DNA of 64,000 bases from Minutocellus sp. GHC0000111. Taxonomy: Eukaryota. Both the position numbers and the translations under genes were made by a program. Within the stretch, counting starts at the first letter, position 1. The number at the start of each line of letters is the position of its first letter. The notes under the pieces were generated by a model. The model ran no database searches. It saw only the letters and a list, made by a program, of their open reading frames with translations, and was not told where the DNA came from. This document shows positions 12,054 to 21,497 of this stretch, in pieces. The DNA is taken from positions 1,674,001 through 1,738,000 of the forward strand of contig OZ361256.1 of assembly GCA_977018835.1 (NCBI GenBank), in the 5' to 3' direction.

Positions 12054-13838
12054 TTACATGAATGCCGCCTCATCGTCAAAATCATTGTCGATATTTCCTC
12101 CTCCACCGCCACTATCGCCATCATCATCATCATTGTCGCCACCTGCTTCTGGCCCTTGCAATTCTTGCCCATCGGCATCGCCTTCGGGGGAAAAATTGTG
12201 CACTATAACGGTATTGTCGGACCCATCGGATATCAATCGCAGTCCATTGTCTCCCGTTACTACACTGCCCAGCCATACCTTGTACCCACCGAGGCCAAAC
12301 AAACATCGTGGATCGTAGGCCACTTCGGAAACGCCCTGATTTACCGACGCATCGCTGGCACACCGCGGAGTCGAGTCCCAAACGCGGATTGTCCCGTCCT
12401 GAGCACCGCTCAAGAGTATGCCGCCCTTTCGCCACGCCAACGACGTCACAGGACCATTGTGCGGAGGTTGCATCGCCACCGTGTCTTCTTCGACCGATGT
12501 TCCCAGTGGAAATTCCTCATCGATGACATCGCTGTCGCAATCGATACTGAGAGGGATGGCATGCAAGCACCCATCGTTGCCCCCGCTGACCAACGACCAG
12601 GCAAAGTCCTCCTCGTTGTCGTAATCTCGATCGTCGCTGTCGTTCTCCTCGGAACTGATCCCGCACAGCGACACCGGGAAGGGGGCGATGACGACCGACC
12701 GCGCCGGCATGTCCTTCTTGGGCGTCCACTCCCCCAACTTGCGCAGCTGGCCCGGACCCTCGTCGAGGTCTTCGTCGGTCGAGAACAGGTGGACGGTGCC
12801 CGAGGCCGTCCCGGCGGCGATGCAGTCGATGTCTTCGCCGACGTCCAGGCTGAGAACTGGTGAACCACAGTCGGCCACCCTCGGCTTGGCATTGCGGTTG
12901 TTGACGAGATTGTCGAGATGGATGCAGTGGACGGTCCCATCGAAGCATCCGGCCCACACTCGGCCCTCGGCGTCGATCTTGACACATGTAACGGCGGTAC
13001 CGACCAGAGGACCCAGCTCGCCGAGGCATTCCAGCAGGTCTTCGCCTCGGCTAGTATTGCTGCTGCCACCGCTGGTCGATCCTCCGCCAATGCCATCGAC
13101 GTCGTCATTGTCCTCGTCGTCGCTGTCATCGGATGCACCGGCGGCAGCTATCGACGTGGCAGCCCCGCCTATCCTCCACGCCAGGGTCCCGCCCTCCCGT
13201 CCGGCCGTCACGACCAAACGCCCGTTGGGCCCACCGACCGCCACGGCGACGGTCCCACCCCCGTCGTACTGGCCGTACAGCAATTCCAGCATCTCCTCGT
13301 CCCCGCCCTGCGCGTCGTGGGCACCCTCGGCCTTGACGAGGCTGATGCCCAAATTCAAATCGCACAGGTAGACGGAGCCGCCGGCGCTGCCGACGACGGC
13401 CAGGGGCCAGTGGGCGACGTCGAGGCGGCGGACCCAGTCGTCGAGGGAGAGGCGGATGGACGACGTGCACTTGCCCTTGCGCCAGCGTTTGATGACGGCG
13501 TTGCGGTCGGTGTTGATCTGGGCCAGACGCGATTGCAAGCTCTTGAGGAGGGAGTCGTCCGACGGGACGTTGTCGTCGTCGTCGTCGTTGTTGTTGTCAC
13601 CGTCGTCATCGCCATCCGAAGCCACGGCGGAGAGACGCCCCCCAAACGCCGCCGAGCGTCGTCTTCGCATTGTTGTGCTCGTGGCATAACTATTCTCACT
13701 GGGCAGTCCTACGCCAACGCCAACTGATGCTGCTGCATGCAACCGGTGCCGCGGAGGGGCAAGGCCAAAGGCTGCCGCCGGGCTGGCCATGCCGCAGCAC
13801 GAGGCGGCATATATTGGTATAAGTACTCGTAGGCGCAT
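12054..13838 (-). CDS. WD40 repeat protein with bipartite plastid-type leader
   Basis: Start MRLRVLIPIYAASCCGMASPAAAF at 13838; WD repeats such as HNGPVTSLAW...LLSGAQDGTIRVWD and LISDGSDNTVIVH. Confidence 0.85.
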   Translation of the reverse strand: MRLRVLIPIYAASCCGMASPAAAFGLAPPRHRLHAAASVGVGVGLPSENSYATSTTMRRRRSAAFGGRLSAVASDGDDDGDNNNDDDDDNVPSDDSLLKSLQSRLAQINTDRNAVIKRWRKGKCTSSIRLSLDDWVRRLDVAHWPLAVVGSAGGSVYLCDLNLGISLVKAEGAHDAQGGDEEMLELLYGQYDGGGTVAVAVGGPNGRLVVTAGREGGTLAWRIGGAATSIAAAGASDDSDDEDNDDVDGIGGGSTSGGSSNTSRGEDLLECLGELGPLVGTAVTCVKIDAEGRVWAGCFDGTVHCIHLDNLVNNRNAKPRVADCGSPVLSLDVGEDIDCIAAGTASGTVHLFSTDEDLDEGPGQLRKLGEWTPKKDMPARSVVIAPFPVSLCGISSEENDSDDRDYDNEEDFAWSLVSGGNDGCLHAIPLSIDCDSDVIDEEFPLGTSVEEDTVAMQPPHNGPVTSLAWRKGGILLSGAQDGTIRVWDSTPRCASDASVNQGVSEVAYDPRCLFGLGGYKVWLGSVVTGDNGLRLISDGSDNTVIVHNFSPEGDADGQELQGPEAGGDNDDDDGDSGGGGGNIDNDFDDEAAFM

Positions 13839-14172
13839 CGTGCAGTGGAACTGGCCTGCTTCCAGCCAGAGCGCAGATACCGGAGATACCGCCGACCTGA
13901 TGAGATGAAGCCGCCCAAGCGAAGAATGACACATGCTGCCATGGGGAAAATCCCGAGAAAAAGAAAAAAGTGGGCAAATAAAAGTTGAAAAGCCGAAATC
14001 ACGCAATCAAATCGGACCGAAAGATTTTCAGCTCAGCCAGAAGATCCTAAAGATATCGGATCGATTGCTGCCGATGCCAGCATAGGAGCCGAGGGAACGG
14101 GCCCACAGTGTGACCGCTTCCTCCAACCATTATATCGCACAGAGCATTCGTAGGAGGGAAGTAAGTCGAAGA

Positions 14173-16872
14173 ATGGCTCCAACCAAGAAGCGGGCCCGCC
14201 GAGCCACCACCACCTCCACCTCCACAAATACCACCTCCACATCCATCAGCGACGATACTGCCGCCGGCCATCCCGACGACGAGTACGCCATCCGCTCCCT
14301 CCTGGACTGTCGGCGCACCCCCACCGGCCGCATCGAATACCTCATCGATTGGGCCCCCCATCCCCGCGACGGACTGGCGTACACCCCGTCGTGGGAGCCG
14401 GAGCGGAACCTGAATCTGGGGGCCATGCGGAGCGCCCGGCGGTGGGAGCGGCGGAGGCGGATGGAGCGAAGGGGTGGGGACTGGATTGTTGGTGGTGGTG
14501 CGGATGACGAGGAAGATTATGATGGTGATGAATATGACGACGAGGTAGAGGAGGGGGCAGAAACAAAAGAGAAGGAGGGACAGCAGCAGCAGGATAAGGA
14601 CGAAGCAGTTGAGGATGACGATGACGAGCAGGGAGGGTTGTTGCAGTTGGACGACGAGGACGACGAGAACCAGAACGTGAACGTGAACAGTATGGCCAGC
14701 AACAGCAATGGTGGCAACGCCAACGTCGACGTCGACGCCGATGCAGCTGGGAGGACCAAGACGTCCACGGCTGGGCAGCAACGACGTGGCGATGCAGCTG
14801 CAGCTGGCTCCTCCTCCTCCCCCCCTGGGTCGACTCGTCCTACGAGCCATCGCCATACGACTGGCCATGGCCGTGCCGGCATCAGCACTGCCACTGCTAC
14901 ACGTACTGCTGCCAAGGGCGGCAACAACAACAACAACAACAACGGTGGGTCGGCCCGACGACGCCCCCTGCTGCCCCCGCCCCTCACCACCACCCGTCGG
15001 CTGTGCAGTCCCGACGCTCTGCCGATGCCGCCATCCTCGGACGGCCGTGATGATATCAATAATAGCAGCAGCAACACCGACGATGGTTCGAGCCGTGCTG
15101 CCGGTGGAAGTAGCAGTGGTCATAGCGATCGCCGTCGTCTTCTCAACTCGGGCGGTGCCGGTGCCGGCACTCGCACTCGCACTGACGCTGATGCTGATGC
15201 TGATGGCCACACCAACCATTCAGCAGCAGCACTACATGCAGGCCAAGGCCAAGGTCAAGGTCCAACCCCCGAGATGCAGATACAGGTACATGTAGGGCCC
15301 CACGAGGAGGACCCAACCTTTGATTGGGCGGGACTGTTCGGCCCATCCCGCTTTGCCCACCAACCCGTCCCGTCTGTGAGCGTCGAACTCCACGCATCAA
15401 CGTACGCCACCGAACTGGTCCGGGCACGGAACGAGGGGTGGCCGATCGTGGTCCAAGATGCCAGGGGGTGGGCCCATTTCTGTTGCCGTTGGTTGGTCCG
15501 GTGCGACGACAGCAAGGATGCGTGTGACGCGGTTGCTGGTGCGAATCAGCATCAGCAGGAAGAAAAAAGGGAGCAGCAGCAGCAGCAGCAGCAGCGACGC
15601 ACGTACTTTATGGACCAACCGGACCCAGCCAAGGCGGCCATGACGTTCCCCCTGTGCAGGTATGTGGAGGAGGGTTGGTCGATCGATCTGGATCGCATGC
15701 GGATGGATCTGGGCCACTCCCTCGTTCCTCTCAGCATCTTTGAGCCCAGCGGCAGTAGCAGTACAGGGGCTGCCACTGGTGGTAGCAGCGAGCCGTCGCA
15801 TGTGTATCGAGAAGTCCAGAGAGTTTCGCTCTGGACTGCCCTGCCTCTTATCTTCAAGGACTACTTCTCTGCAGATGACGAGGGAACGGCCGATCTGCAG
15901 GGCTGTCCTCCAGGTTGCCGCTATGCCATCAACGATTACAAGTTTTCTGACTGCAAGAACGCCTCGGCCAAGCTATCGGCGCAGTGCAGTACCTGCCTGG
16001 AGGGAGCATTTGGATTTGACATCCTTTCTCTGTCGCTGGGTGCCGAACTTCTTCCCGGGAGGACTCTTTTGGGTGGTGAGCTCCTTGGCGACAATCCGTT
16101 CCAGTATTTGTCCCTTGGCCCCAAGGGTACCCGGGTGGAGACCAAGGATACCGTTTGTGGGCTGATACGAACCGATGGCAATCTGGACGCGACATTTTGC
16201 GTATTGTCTGGTTCCGTGGAGTTCGTCGTGACGCACCGTTCCAGCATGGCCATTCTGACCGAAATGAAACCTTCCATTACTTCCAAGGGAATCGAAGCAG
16301 AGCGTTGCTGCCGACCTGGTGCGTCAAAGATCCAAAGCTACCGAACGGTACTCGGTCCCGGCGATATCATCTTCATTCCTACGGGATGTCTCTATTCCAT
16401 CCAATACCTCAGCAACTGCGTCATGTACCAAAGGCTCCAATGCACTGCCAGCAACGTTTCTGACTATGCCCGAAGCCTCATGGGTGGAAATGGGCCCAAG
16501 GGCTGCGAGGACGAGCGTTGTGCGTACTTTCACAACATGGCGGAGGGGATGTGCAATGCAGTGAATCACGAGACGGAGCATGCCCAGAGTTACGTTCAAA
16601 TGGGTGATGCCGGACGGCACGTTGTTGCCGGACTCAAGCAACATGTTGACCGGGAGTTGAAAGATGTAGCGCTGGGTTTGATATCTATTCGTTATATGCT
16701 GTGGGTCCTCGTCCAAAAGATGAAGGCAGAGGAACCCGTGGGTCTCTTCGAACCCTACACCATGGAGACCTGGGAAAAGCTACTCGACACAGTCGATCGT
16801 TGCCTCCATGCGTTTGAGTTTCGCTTTTGTGTTACCGTGCCACCTTTCCGAAGCAGGGGATGCCAAACTTGA
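14173..16872 (+). CDS. Chromodomain + degenerate JmjC (cupin) domain protein
   Basis: EYAIRSLLDCR...IEYLIDW...SWEPERNL is a chromodomain. NPFQYLSLGPKGT...VLSGSVEF...VLGPGDIIFIPTG matches the JmjC fold pattern. Confidence 0.8.
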   Translation: MAPTKKRARRATTTSTSTNTTSTSISDDTAAGHPDDEYAIRSLLDCRRTPTGRIEYLIDWAPHPRDGLAYTPSWEPERNLNLGAMRSARRWERRRRMERRGGDWIVGGGADDEEDYDGDEYDDEVEEGAETKEKEGQQQQDKDEAVEDDDDEQGGLLQLDDEDDENQNVNVNSMASNSNGGNANVDVDADAAGRTKTSTAGQQRRGDAAAAGSSSSPPGSTRPTSHRHTTGHGRAGISTATATRTAAKGGNNNNNNNGGSARRRPLLPPPLTTTRRLCSPDALPMPPSSDGRDDINNSSSNTDDGSSRAAGGSSSGHSDRRRLLNSGGAGAGTRTRTDADADADGHTNHSAAALHAGQGQGQGPTPEMQIQVHVGPHEEDPTFDWAGLFGPSRFAHQPVPSVSVELHASTYATELVRARNEGWPIVVQDARGWAHFCCRWLVRCDDSKDACDAVAGANQHQQEEKREQQQQQQQRRTYFMDQPDPAKAAMTFPLCRYVEEGWSIDLDRMRMDLGHSLVPLSIFEPSGSSSTGAATGGSSEPSHVYREVQRVSLWTALPLIFKDYFSADDEGTADLQGCPPGCRYAINDYKFSDCKNASAKLSAQCSTCLEGAFGFDILSLSLGAELLPGRTLLGGELLGDNPFQYLSLGPKGTRVETKDTVCGLIRTDGNLDATFCVLSGSVEFVVTHRSSMAILTEMKPSITSKGIEAERCCRPGASKIQSYRTVLGPGDIIFIPTGCLYSIQYLSNCVMYQRLQCTASNVSDYARSLMGGNGPKGCEDERCAYFHNMAEGMCNAVNHETEHAQSYVQMGDAGRHVVAGLKQHVDRELKDVALGLISIRYMLWVLVQKMKAEEPVGLFEPYTMETWEKLLDTVDRCLHAFEFRFCVTVPPFRSRGCQT

Positions 16873-17043
16873 GGATAAGAGCATTCACTACAATAGAATT
16901 GAATACTACAGTCCCGTACTGTAGTTGGCATAAAAGTGAGACTGAATACAGCTTCAGCATATTATCATATGTATTATTTGCTTCGAAGTAAGTATGATGT
17001 TAATGAACATGGTTGACAAAACAAGGAATCATTACAAACAAAA

Positions 17044-17367
17044 TCATACGAGACCAAGCTCCTTCTTCAGCCCAAACGTCTGTTCTGCATCTTGTCCCAA
17101 TGAATTGCTTTCTATCTTTGAAACAGCAGCCGCATCGATAGATGGCTGCCATCGCCGATGTCCCTTCTCTTCATCTACAGCTACAAAAGTAAATCCAGAG
17201 TAAGCAGAAATAATGCGGCAGCATATCTTGGTCCAATTGGAAGTAAAGATGAAAATCAAAAGTACTGCTGAAACCGTTGCGTAGCTGATGACAATTGCGG
17301 CAACAAGACCGGTTATGTCAAAATTGAACCCGAAGGTAAAGATAGAAGCAAGCGGTATACAAATTCC
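17044..17367 (-). pseudogene. MATE transporter C-terminal fragment (last two TM helices), separated from the rest by an insertion
   Basis: GICIPLASIFTFGFNFDITGLVAAIVISYATV...SNW fits the MATE C-terminus and continues the gene that breaks off at ~21500. Confidence 0.85.
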
Positions 17368-17553
17368 TTTCGGAAGCAGAAGCATTACGTAAAAGGACAG
17401 GAATTTTACTATGATCAGCACCTTTCGTGACGTATTTTGCGTGAAGGTTTGAAACGCATTATGCATGAAGGTTTGAACTTGACGCAAGTCATGGCTGCCC
17501 CCATAACGACCAAACCAATTCAATCACTGGTAGTAGGATTAGCCCAATCGAAA

Positions 17554-19609
17554 ATGGATGTCCACACTAGTAGCAATGTGTCTGCCAGTGCTTCAGCGGC
17601 TGTGCCAACTGGTGGTGATGAGACTGGTAGCGCATCCGCTGCTGCATCTTCTGCAGCTTCTCCGTCCCAGCAGGTCCAGCAGAAGGGCATCAAGCGCAGA
17701 AAGAAGAAGAAGAAGAAGGACAAGGACAAGAGCAGCAAGTCTAATTCGTCATCCGATGCTGCTCCTCCCCCTCCTCCTGCCAGTCCTCCTCCTGCCAGTC
17801 CTCCTGCTGCCTCTGGCTCTGGCCGATCCAGTGGCATCGACAGTGGTGGTCCCTCGGATCTAGCGATGCAGCAGCAAGGATACCAGCTAGCCCAGCCCAC
17901 GAGCCAAGAGGATGACCCTCTCGAGGAGATTGAGGCCAAGGTTGAGGGTCTCCTTGCCAGCTACGAGCTGTTGGAGCTTGGCGTCAACAGCGGGCTCAAA
18001 ACTGACGTAGCAAAGGGCCGGATCAACGACGTGACCGAATCCTGGTTGGAGCTGATTACCTCGGGTCGCCTATCTCGAGACCAAATCCAACGAATCAGAA
18101 GCCAATGCATCCTCTCACTTGCTACTACTGCTGCTGGAAAGAGAAAGGTTGGATCTTCTACTGGTACTGGCGGCAGCAGTGGTAGTGGAGGTAGTGGTGG
18201 TGGTGGTGGTGGTGGTAACAGCAACAAGCGTCGGTCCAAGGGCTCCTCCACTGCTGGTGGTGGCAACAAGGAGAACGAGGACGGCCATGACGATGAGCAG
18301 GAGCCAGTCGTATTATCTAGAGTTGCCAAGTTCAAGCAAGCCACGGAGTATCTCACGGAAATGATGGCCAAGCGAGCGGATTTCCTCAACGGTTATGATG
18401 ATGGATACAAATCTCCTTACCTTCTCGTTCGTCTGCCCTCTTTGATGGAGGAGACTGAAACGGCGATGGATGCCTGCTTCAATAGCTTCTCCTCGGAGTC
18501 GGTGGACATCGGTGTCAGGAACATGATTGCCGATTGCATCGACCTCTTCGACTTGGGAATGCGAGCCGCCGTTTCCTTCCTGGATGCTGCCGACAAGGCG
18601 TGGATTCCGGTTACCTTCTCTTCACTGGCTTCTCTGGCGAACGATCTGGAGGAGCTATGCATTTCAACCATCTCCGAGAGCTTTACTCGCAAGGAGGTCA
18701 AGGGTGCCCTTGTGCATGCCAGGGATTCGGAACTGTTTGAATTGCCGACCAAGCAATCTCCCAAGCATCTAGCCAAGCATTTTCTCACCATGAATGTGGC
18801 CACCAAGGGATACCTCCTGAACCTTGTCCACTGTGCCGCTGGATGCGGAATGTTCAATTCCCTCGATATCGAGGATTTGACGACTGGAAAGGATCCCATC
18901 GTTTCTCGAGAGGTTCTGACGATTCTGAATTACGACCAAGGATCTACTCCGGAGAGCACCGACGAGCTTCTCAAGAGTATGAGGAAGGGCTTTGATGACC
19001 AGAGCAACACTCATTCCGACAAGAACAAGCTCATGTTGTGCCTCCTTCGTATTCGGCTGGAGATCCTCCATCTCTCCGATGAGAGTTGGGAGACGATGGA
19101 AAAGCGCGGGTTGTCGAGCAATCTCGACAGTGAGCCAGCTACATTGCGCAGCCGACGATATTTCGATACCCAAGCTCGCAAGACGAACGCCATGATTTCG
19201 TTGGTGATGCTCGTTGCCTCTACCTACATCTACGAGCATACCAGCTCGGATGTTGATTTCGGCGATGATCAGACCGGTGTGGACGTTCTCTTGTACCGGA
19301 ACACTATCCCCTTTCTGTTCCAGAGCATCGGAACCAAGCTGCTCATGGCAAAGACGTATGATGGCACTGCCTCTGACGAGTATATGGAGAGTGTTCATAC
19401 TGGCCTCGGTGATTTGGCTACCAAGGCTACCACCAGCAGCATTGGGTCCAAGTACCACGACGACATTGCCGTCTTGTTCGATCTAGACAACGACGATGAG
19501 GATGACCAACGACGACCTCTTGGTTGTTCTTGGGTATGACAAAGGTGGAGATGGTGGAGGAGATGATATGGAGGTGGAAAGCGAGGTTGAAGAGGCAGTG
19601 GACATGTAG
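17554..19609 (+). CDS. Orphan ~680 aa protein (low-complexity basic N-terminus, helical C-terminus) inside the insertion
   Basis: Intronless ORF 17437..19539, ATG at 17554; KRRKKKKKK NLS-like run. A probable frameshift near 19507 extends it to ...EVEEAVDM* at 19609. Confidence 0.7.
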
Positions 19610-19905
19610 ACGACATGATTTGCCTTTGGGTCCAATAAAATAGGCAGCGTGTGAACTGAGTTTGGACAATACATGTATCGGTACATAATGTATGCGCGAT
19701 GATGCATTTTTGACTCACTCGACTCATTGGACCATCAGCGATGAGCGCGACATATTTCCGTTGGTAGTGTTGCGGAACCAATTTGCTTCTCACTGGATTT
19801 AATTTGCGACAGCTTCTCACTTGCTACGTAGCATATTAATCCTATTTTAATCATGTGCATGTGCTATTCATGTTGTTTCTGAATAAGTTATTACTTTTTC
19901 ATCTA

Positions 19906-20290
19906 TTACTCAAGCAGCTCGTTTACTAGCTCGTGCCAATCCAATTCCTCATCGACATCGTCCAACGTACCATATCGTGTTGTCCATTCCTTCCTATCGC
20001 ACTCCCTCAAATGGCAATGCTGGCATTTTTGGCACATGTTCTTCGCTCCGCACAGTCCAGGGCACCGATTGTCTTCGTTTGATGGGGAGCAGTTGAGGAT
20101 TACTCCGCTGCCACATCGCTCTCTATGCTCGCATATGTTTTGTCCCTCGATGACGTACACTACACGGGGAAACTCGTCGGCTTTCACGAGGTTGCCCATG
20201 GCTTGGAAGAACGTTGACCGACGCACATGTCAATTTTCTTGTGAATTTTGTTTATGCTCATCTTTGGTGTGCTTTACGTACGTGTAGAGA
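19906..20290 (-). pseudogene. Cys-rich gene fragment with in-frame TGA
   Basis: ...KHTKDEHKQNSQEN*HVRRSTFFQAMG...CEHRERC...CPGLCGAKNMCQKCQHCHLREC...ELLE*; no credible start codon. Confidence 0.45.
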
Positions 20291-20468
20291 ACAGCAGTAG
20301 TACAAGTAGTTTGGTTCGAGAATAGTAAAACTAACTTCTAGTCTAACATTGTATTGTTATGAGTGCACGCACCGACCATTGTTGCTACTACCACGTACCA
20401 TTGTTGCTACTACCACGTCGAGCGTCAGATCATTTACGAGTACTACTAATCTAACATCGATGGACTAT

Positions 20469-20663
20469 TTACTCGCGCTCGCCACGGATGCGGCGGGCGA
20501 GCCGGATGTCCTTGGGCATGATGGTAACACGCTTGGCGTGGATGGCGCAAAGGTTAGCATCTTCAAACAACTTTATCATATAGGCCTCTGCTCCTTCCTG
20601 GAGGGCCATCATTGCCGATGCCTGGAAGCGGAGGTCAGTCTTGAAGTCCTGGGCGATTTCACG
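20469..20663 (-). pseudogene. H3: Histone H3 C-terminal fragment (divergent variant, 5'-truncated)
   Basis: Manual translation: [64 protein letters not shown]. An in-frame stop lies at 20700-20702 upstream with no ATG between it and the fragment. Confidence 0.95.
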
Positions 20664-21201
20664 GAATCTGCGAGAGGTCCAAGGCGAACGATACTGGCAT
20701 CAGCAGAACAGCATCCAGCTCGAATCGGATCTGAAGGACGCGCGGGAGGCCTTTGGGCGCCTGCAGATTGAGTGCAATGGCAAGGCCGCCGAGGCAGAGG
20801 AGGCCAAGAAGAAGTTGGCCACAGCTGAGGGTAGTATCGCCGAGCTCGAGCAGAATGTATCAGAAGGCAATACTCTACTCGAAGAGATGAAAAGGGCCAA
20901 GGAGGCTGCCGAGGAGGAGAAGGAGAGGGCCATCGAGGGGATGACGAATGCTGCCGAGAGCAATCGAATGGCGTTGGAATCAAAGGAGAAGGCGGAGAAG
21001 GAGATTGTGGAGCTCAAAGCACTCATGGAGGAGGAGACGAAGAGGGCCAACACCGCGGAGGAAACCATGCGCCAGCTCGGATCGGAGAATGCGACGCTGA
21101 AGGAGGAGAAGGCAAGTCTTGAGGAGGAGATCGACCGAAAGGAGGACGTGATCAAGAAGCTACTTGGGCAGAAGCGGGGTGGGAAGAAGAGAAAGACATA
21201 G
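20662..21201 (+). pseudogene. Coiled-coil protein 3' fragment (5' end missing), ends in basic KRGGKKRKT
   Basis: E/K/A-rich heptad ORF 20641..21201 whose coding character begins at the H3 breakpoint. Confidence 0.6.
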
Positions 21202-21497
21202 TAAACATAGAATCTGAATATTTACGAGAATCTATTGGCGAAGTGTGTTGTATTTTCATCTTCGAAAGAAGGAGTTGCTCATGTATCGGCAGACTGGGAT
21301 ATTCTCTGCGTTGTATGTTGGTCAAGATACTATTAGGAGAATCGGCACTTCCCAGATCACACCTCTTGTTTTTGAGAGCACGGCTTAGAAGAGCGCCGAT
21401 CTTGTCGACCTGATTGCCAACGAGCCCATCGATGATATCATCGGTCGCCTCTGTTCCGCAGGGGTCAAGACACTCATGCTCCCTCGCAACTCCAACA

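Larger units (their letters stand above)
17368..21497. mobile_element. ~4.1 kb composite insertion within the MATE gene (mechanism unknown; boundaries approximate to ~10 bp)
   Basis: MATE similarity stops at PKIAAWEYG (~21500) and resumes at GICIPLA (17367). The DNA between holds unrelated genes and fragments. No TIR, LTR or transposase was recognised. Confidence 0.6.

Noticed and set aside
14270..14420. Chromodomain as a remnant of a chromoviral LTR retrotransposon
   Set aside because: It is N-terminal in a continuous ORF with JmjC; no integrase, RT or LTR seen.
20375..20418. 22-bp tandem duplication ACCATTGTTGCTACTACCACGT downstream of the H3 fragment
   Set aside because: Simple slippage duplication; not a histone 3' stem-loop.
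20349..20771. 140 aa + strand ORF ([26 protein letters not shown]...)
   Set aside because: Antisense shadow of the histone H3 fragment.
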